Part shown: positions 62,458-64,000 of the stretch, piece by piece
How the letters are laid out: the number at the start of each line of letters is the position of its first letter
Numbering within the stretch: position 1 is the first letter of the stretch
DNA from: a virus
Taxonomy: Duplodnaviria; Caudoviricetes
Virus record (IMG/VR): IMGVR_UViG_3300028392_002123
Length of the DNA stretch: 64,000 bases
Direction: 5' to 3' (one strand)
The notes under the pieces: generated by a model
The model's database searches: none
The model's input: only the letters and a program-made list of their open reading frames with translations
Told to the model about the DNA's origin: nothing
Made by a program: the position numbers and the translations under genes

Positions 62458-62663
62458 CTCAACGCAAATATCATAGCATCTTCTTGTTCACGAAAGTAAA
62501 AATGTGTACAGTTAGATTGATAAACAACATTCCACCGACCTTTGAATGTGCCTAGCTGTTCTCCCAACCATATTTCTATGTCAGTAATAGACGTAGTAAA
62601 TTCTTTCTCACCGACCTTGATCTTATAAGGCCACAATTCTTTCTTTAAAACTCTCATGACCAT
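62448..62663 (-). CDS. Small protein of tandem family
   Basis: C-terminus FREQEDAMIFALRWS. Confidence 0.65.
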   Translation of the reverse strand: MVMRVLKKELWPYKIKVGEKEFTTSITDIEIWLGEQLGTFKGRWNVVYQSNCTHFYFREQEDAMIFALRWS

Positions 62664-62977
62664 TTCAGTGTAAACATAGCCGCTTCATCTAGACTTCGCA
62701 GATAAATTCTAAATTTATAATCGTCTATAATCCACGACCAATTTGGATTTTTATCTTTTACTTCGGGATGAAGCTCGGGACTACGTTCTAATTTGGAACT
62801 ATGATATCTATTTGCTTCTCTGCTAGGTCCCCATTGTTCCCAGCACCACACACGAACTGCAAAGAAATATTCTTTAGCATCCTCTGTTAAATAATTGCTG
62901 GGTTTAAAATCAACAAAATACTGCCACTTGTCGTGACCAGTAAATCGTCGATCTAATTTACGAACTTTAATTTTCAT
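62654..62977 (-). CDS. Small protein of tandem family
   Basis: C-terminus LRSLDEAAMFTLKWS. Confidence 0.65.
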   Translation of the reverse strand: MKIKVRKLDRRFTGHDKWQYFVDFKPSNYLTEDAKEYFFAVRVWCWEQWGPSREANRYHSSKLERSPELHPEVKDKNPNWSWIIDDYKFRIYLRSLDEAAMFTLKWS

Positions 62978-63194
62978 ATTTTAGTTTATACATAAAAATA
63001 AATTCTTCGGCACTTTTAATGTCAGGAAATAACCACATGTTATAAGACTTCCTAGTTGCACCAGAATCGTTTACAATCTCAACAAGATCTTCTTGATCAC
63101 GCCATGCAGACATGTCCAGCAACTCTTCAACTTCTAAAATACATCTGCCGTTATTTTTTGGTATTATCTTCATCGTAGGCCAACTTTGCCACAA
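62967..63194 (-). CDS. Small protein of tandem family
   Basis: C-terminus FPDIKSAEEFIFMYKLKY; real start probably MKII. Confidence 0.55.
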   Translation of the reverse strand: MWQSWPTMKIIPKNNGRCILEVEELLDMSAWRDQEDLVEIVNDSGATRKSYNMWLFPDIKSAEEFIFMYKLKYEN

Positions 63195-63630
63195 ACATAA
63201 AATGATCGTAGGCTTGTTTAACTGCTTCGTGCTTCATTAATTTATCTGCTTCTTCCTGCATGGCTTTGACACCTTCCTCGGCAATTTCTCTGGCACTGGG
63301 AAGTTCTATATAGTAGCGATCGTCGTCGAATGACTTGGACAAGGCCTTCCAAGCCTTTTGTTGTTTCTCGGTAATAGGTTTGCGATGCGGACGCATTTCA
63401 CTGGCCTGGACTACTGCCTTGCTGATGACATCTTCGGCAACACGGCCCGCGGCAATCATAGCCGCATAATTAGGTTCGATGTTAAACCTGCGACTAGACC
63501 CGCCTGGATAGCACATAACCAAATGATTACCTTTGGGAAAACTATCTAGGTAGTCGTTGTCATACTCAGCCACAGGCACGTATCTGCGACCAACTTTTTC
63601 ATAGTAAATTTTTTTTGTCATAGTAATCAA
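63151..63630 (-). CDS. Hypothetical phage protein
   Basis: KIYYEKVGRRYVPV; 159 aa. Confidence 0.7.
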   Translation of the reverse strand: MITMTKKIYYEKVGRRYVPVAEYDNDYLDSFPKGNHLVMCYPGGSSRRFNIEPNYAAMIAAGRVAEDVISKAVVQASEMRPHRKPITEKQQKAWKALSKSFDDDRYYIELPSAREIAEEGVKAMQEEADKLMKHEAVKQAYDHFMFVAKLAYDEDNTKK

Positions 63631-63636
63631 AATTTA

Positions 63637-63885
63637 TCAGTTAAGGATACGTTTATCTTCCGGTAAATCATGGTCATCGAATTCAACTAAAAAGGGCAAT
63701 AGCTTGCCAAGCTCTTCGGGATCGAGACTGTCTAAATCTATAGGCGTCGACTGTTCTAGTGCTTCTCCACTTTCTAACAGCCTTGTAATTTCCTTGACAA
63801 ATTCATCTAGTTCTTCTTGTGTACCTTCGAAGTTGTCAAAACAACCTGGGGCAAAAACAATTTCAGGTTTAGTTTTATCAGTCAT
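63637..63885 (-). CDS. Acidic hypothetical protein
   Basis: FAPGCFDNFEG; AAGGAG SD. Confidence 0.7.
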   Translation of the reverse strand: MTDKTKPEIVFAPGCFDNFEGTQEELDEFVKEITRLLESGEALEQSTPIDLDSLDPEELGKLLPFLVEFDDHDLPEDKRILN

Positions 63886-64000
63886 TAGATATCTCCTTCA
63901 TAGTTTTTAGGCACAATTAAACCACTGTCCAATGTAACGCCGTTAATTGTATGGGCTTCATTTTCATCATAGGTCCAACCCAAGACTTTCATCATTTTGT

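Overview
This is a 64 kb segment of a large, AT-rich, T4-like lytic bacteriophage genome. The host is probably proteobacterial, likely betaproteobacterial, inferred from Bug/TctC, RpoZ, FdxA and ErpA homologues. No structural or core replication genes lie in the window; it is accessory DNA. (1) There are 29 tRNA genes, all on the minus strand and all with encoded CCA, interleaved with about 8 structured non-tRNA RNA candidates. (2) A dense enzyme island holds 18 HxD..H..R 2OG-Fe(II)/cupin-type proteins plus a TauD dioxygenase, 7 PP-loop adenylating enzymes, 2 B12-radical SAM enzymes, 4 membrane desaturases, 2 nitroreductases and GNAT-like proteins. Many start exactly 5 nt after a T4-type late promoter core (TAAATA-N5-ATG), which predicts leaderless late mRNAs. 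(3) Host-like auxiliary genes include queD, a queC-like gene, panB, speD, SOD, ferredoxin, erpA, feoA, yccA, clpP and rpoZ. (4) An early region of small hypothetical genes sits behind strong sigma70 promoters. The most striking element is at 43793-44007: a consensus sigma70 promoter, a leaderless 36-codon peptide sampling 17 of 20 amino acids, an 8-bp antiterminator, an intrinsic terminator and an overlapping G-quadruplex motif, directly upstream of the main tRNA array. This looks like a translation-sensing attenuator controlling phage tRNA supply. All functional calls come from visual motif recognition; no database searches or folding programs were run.
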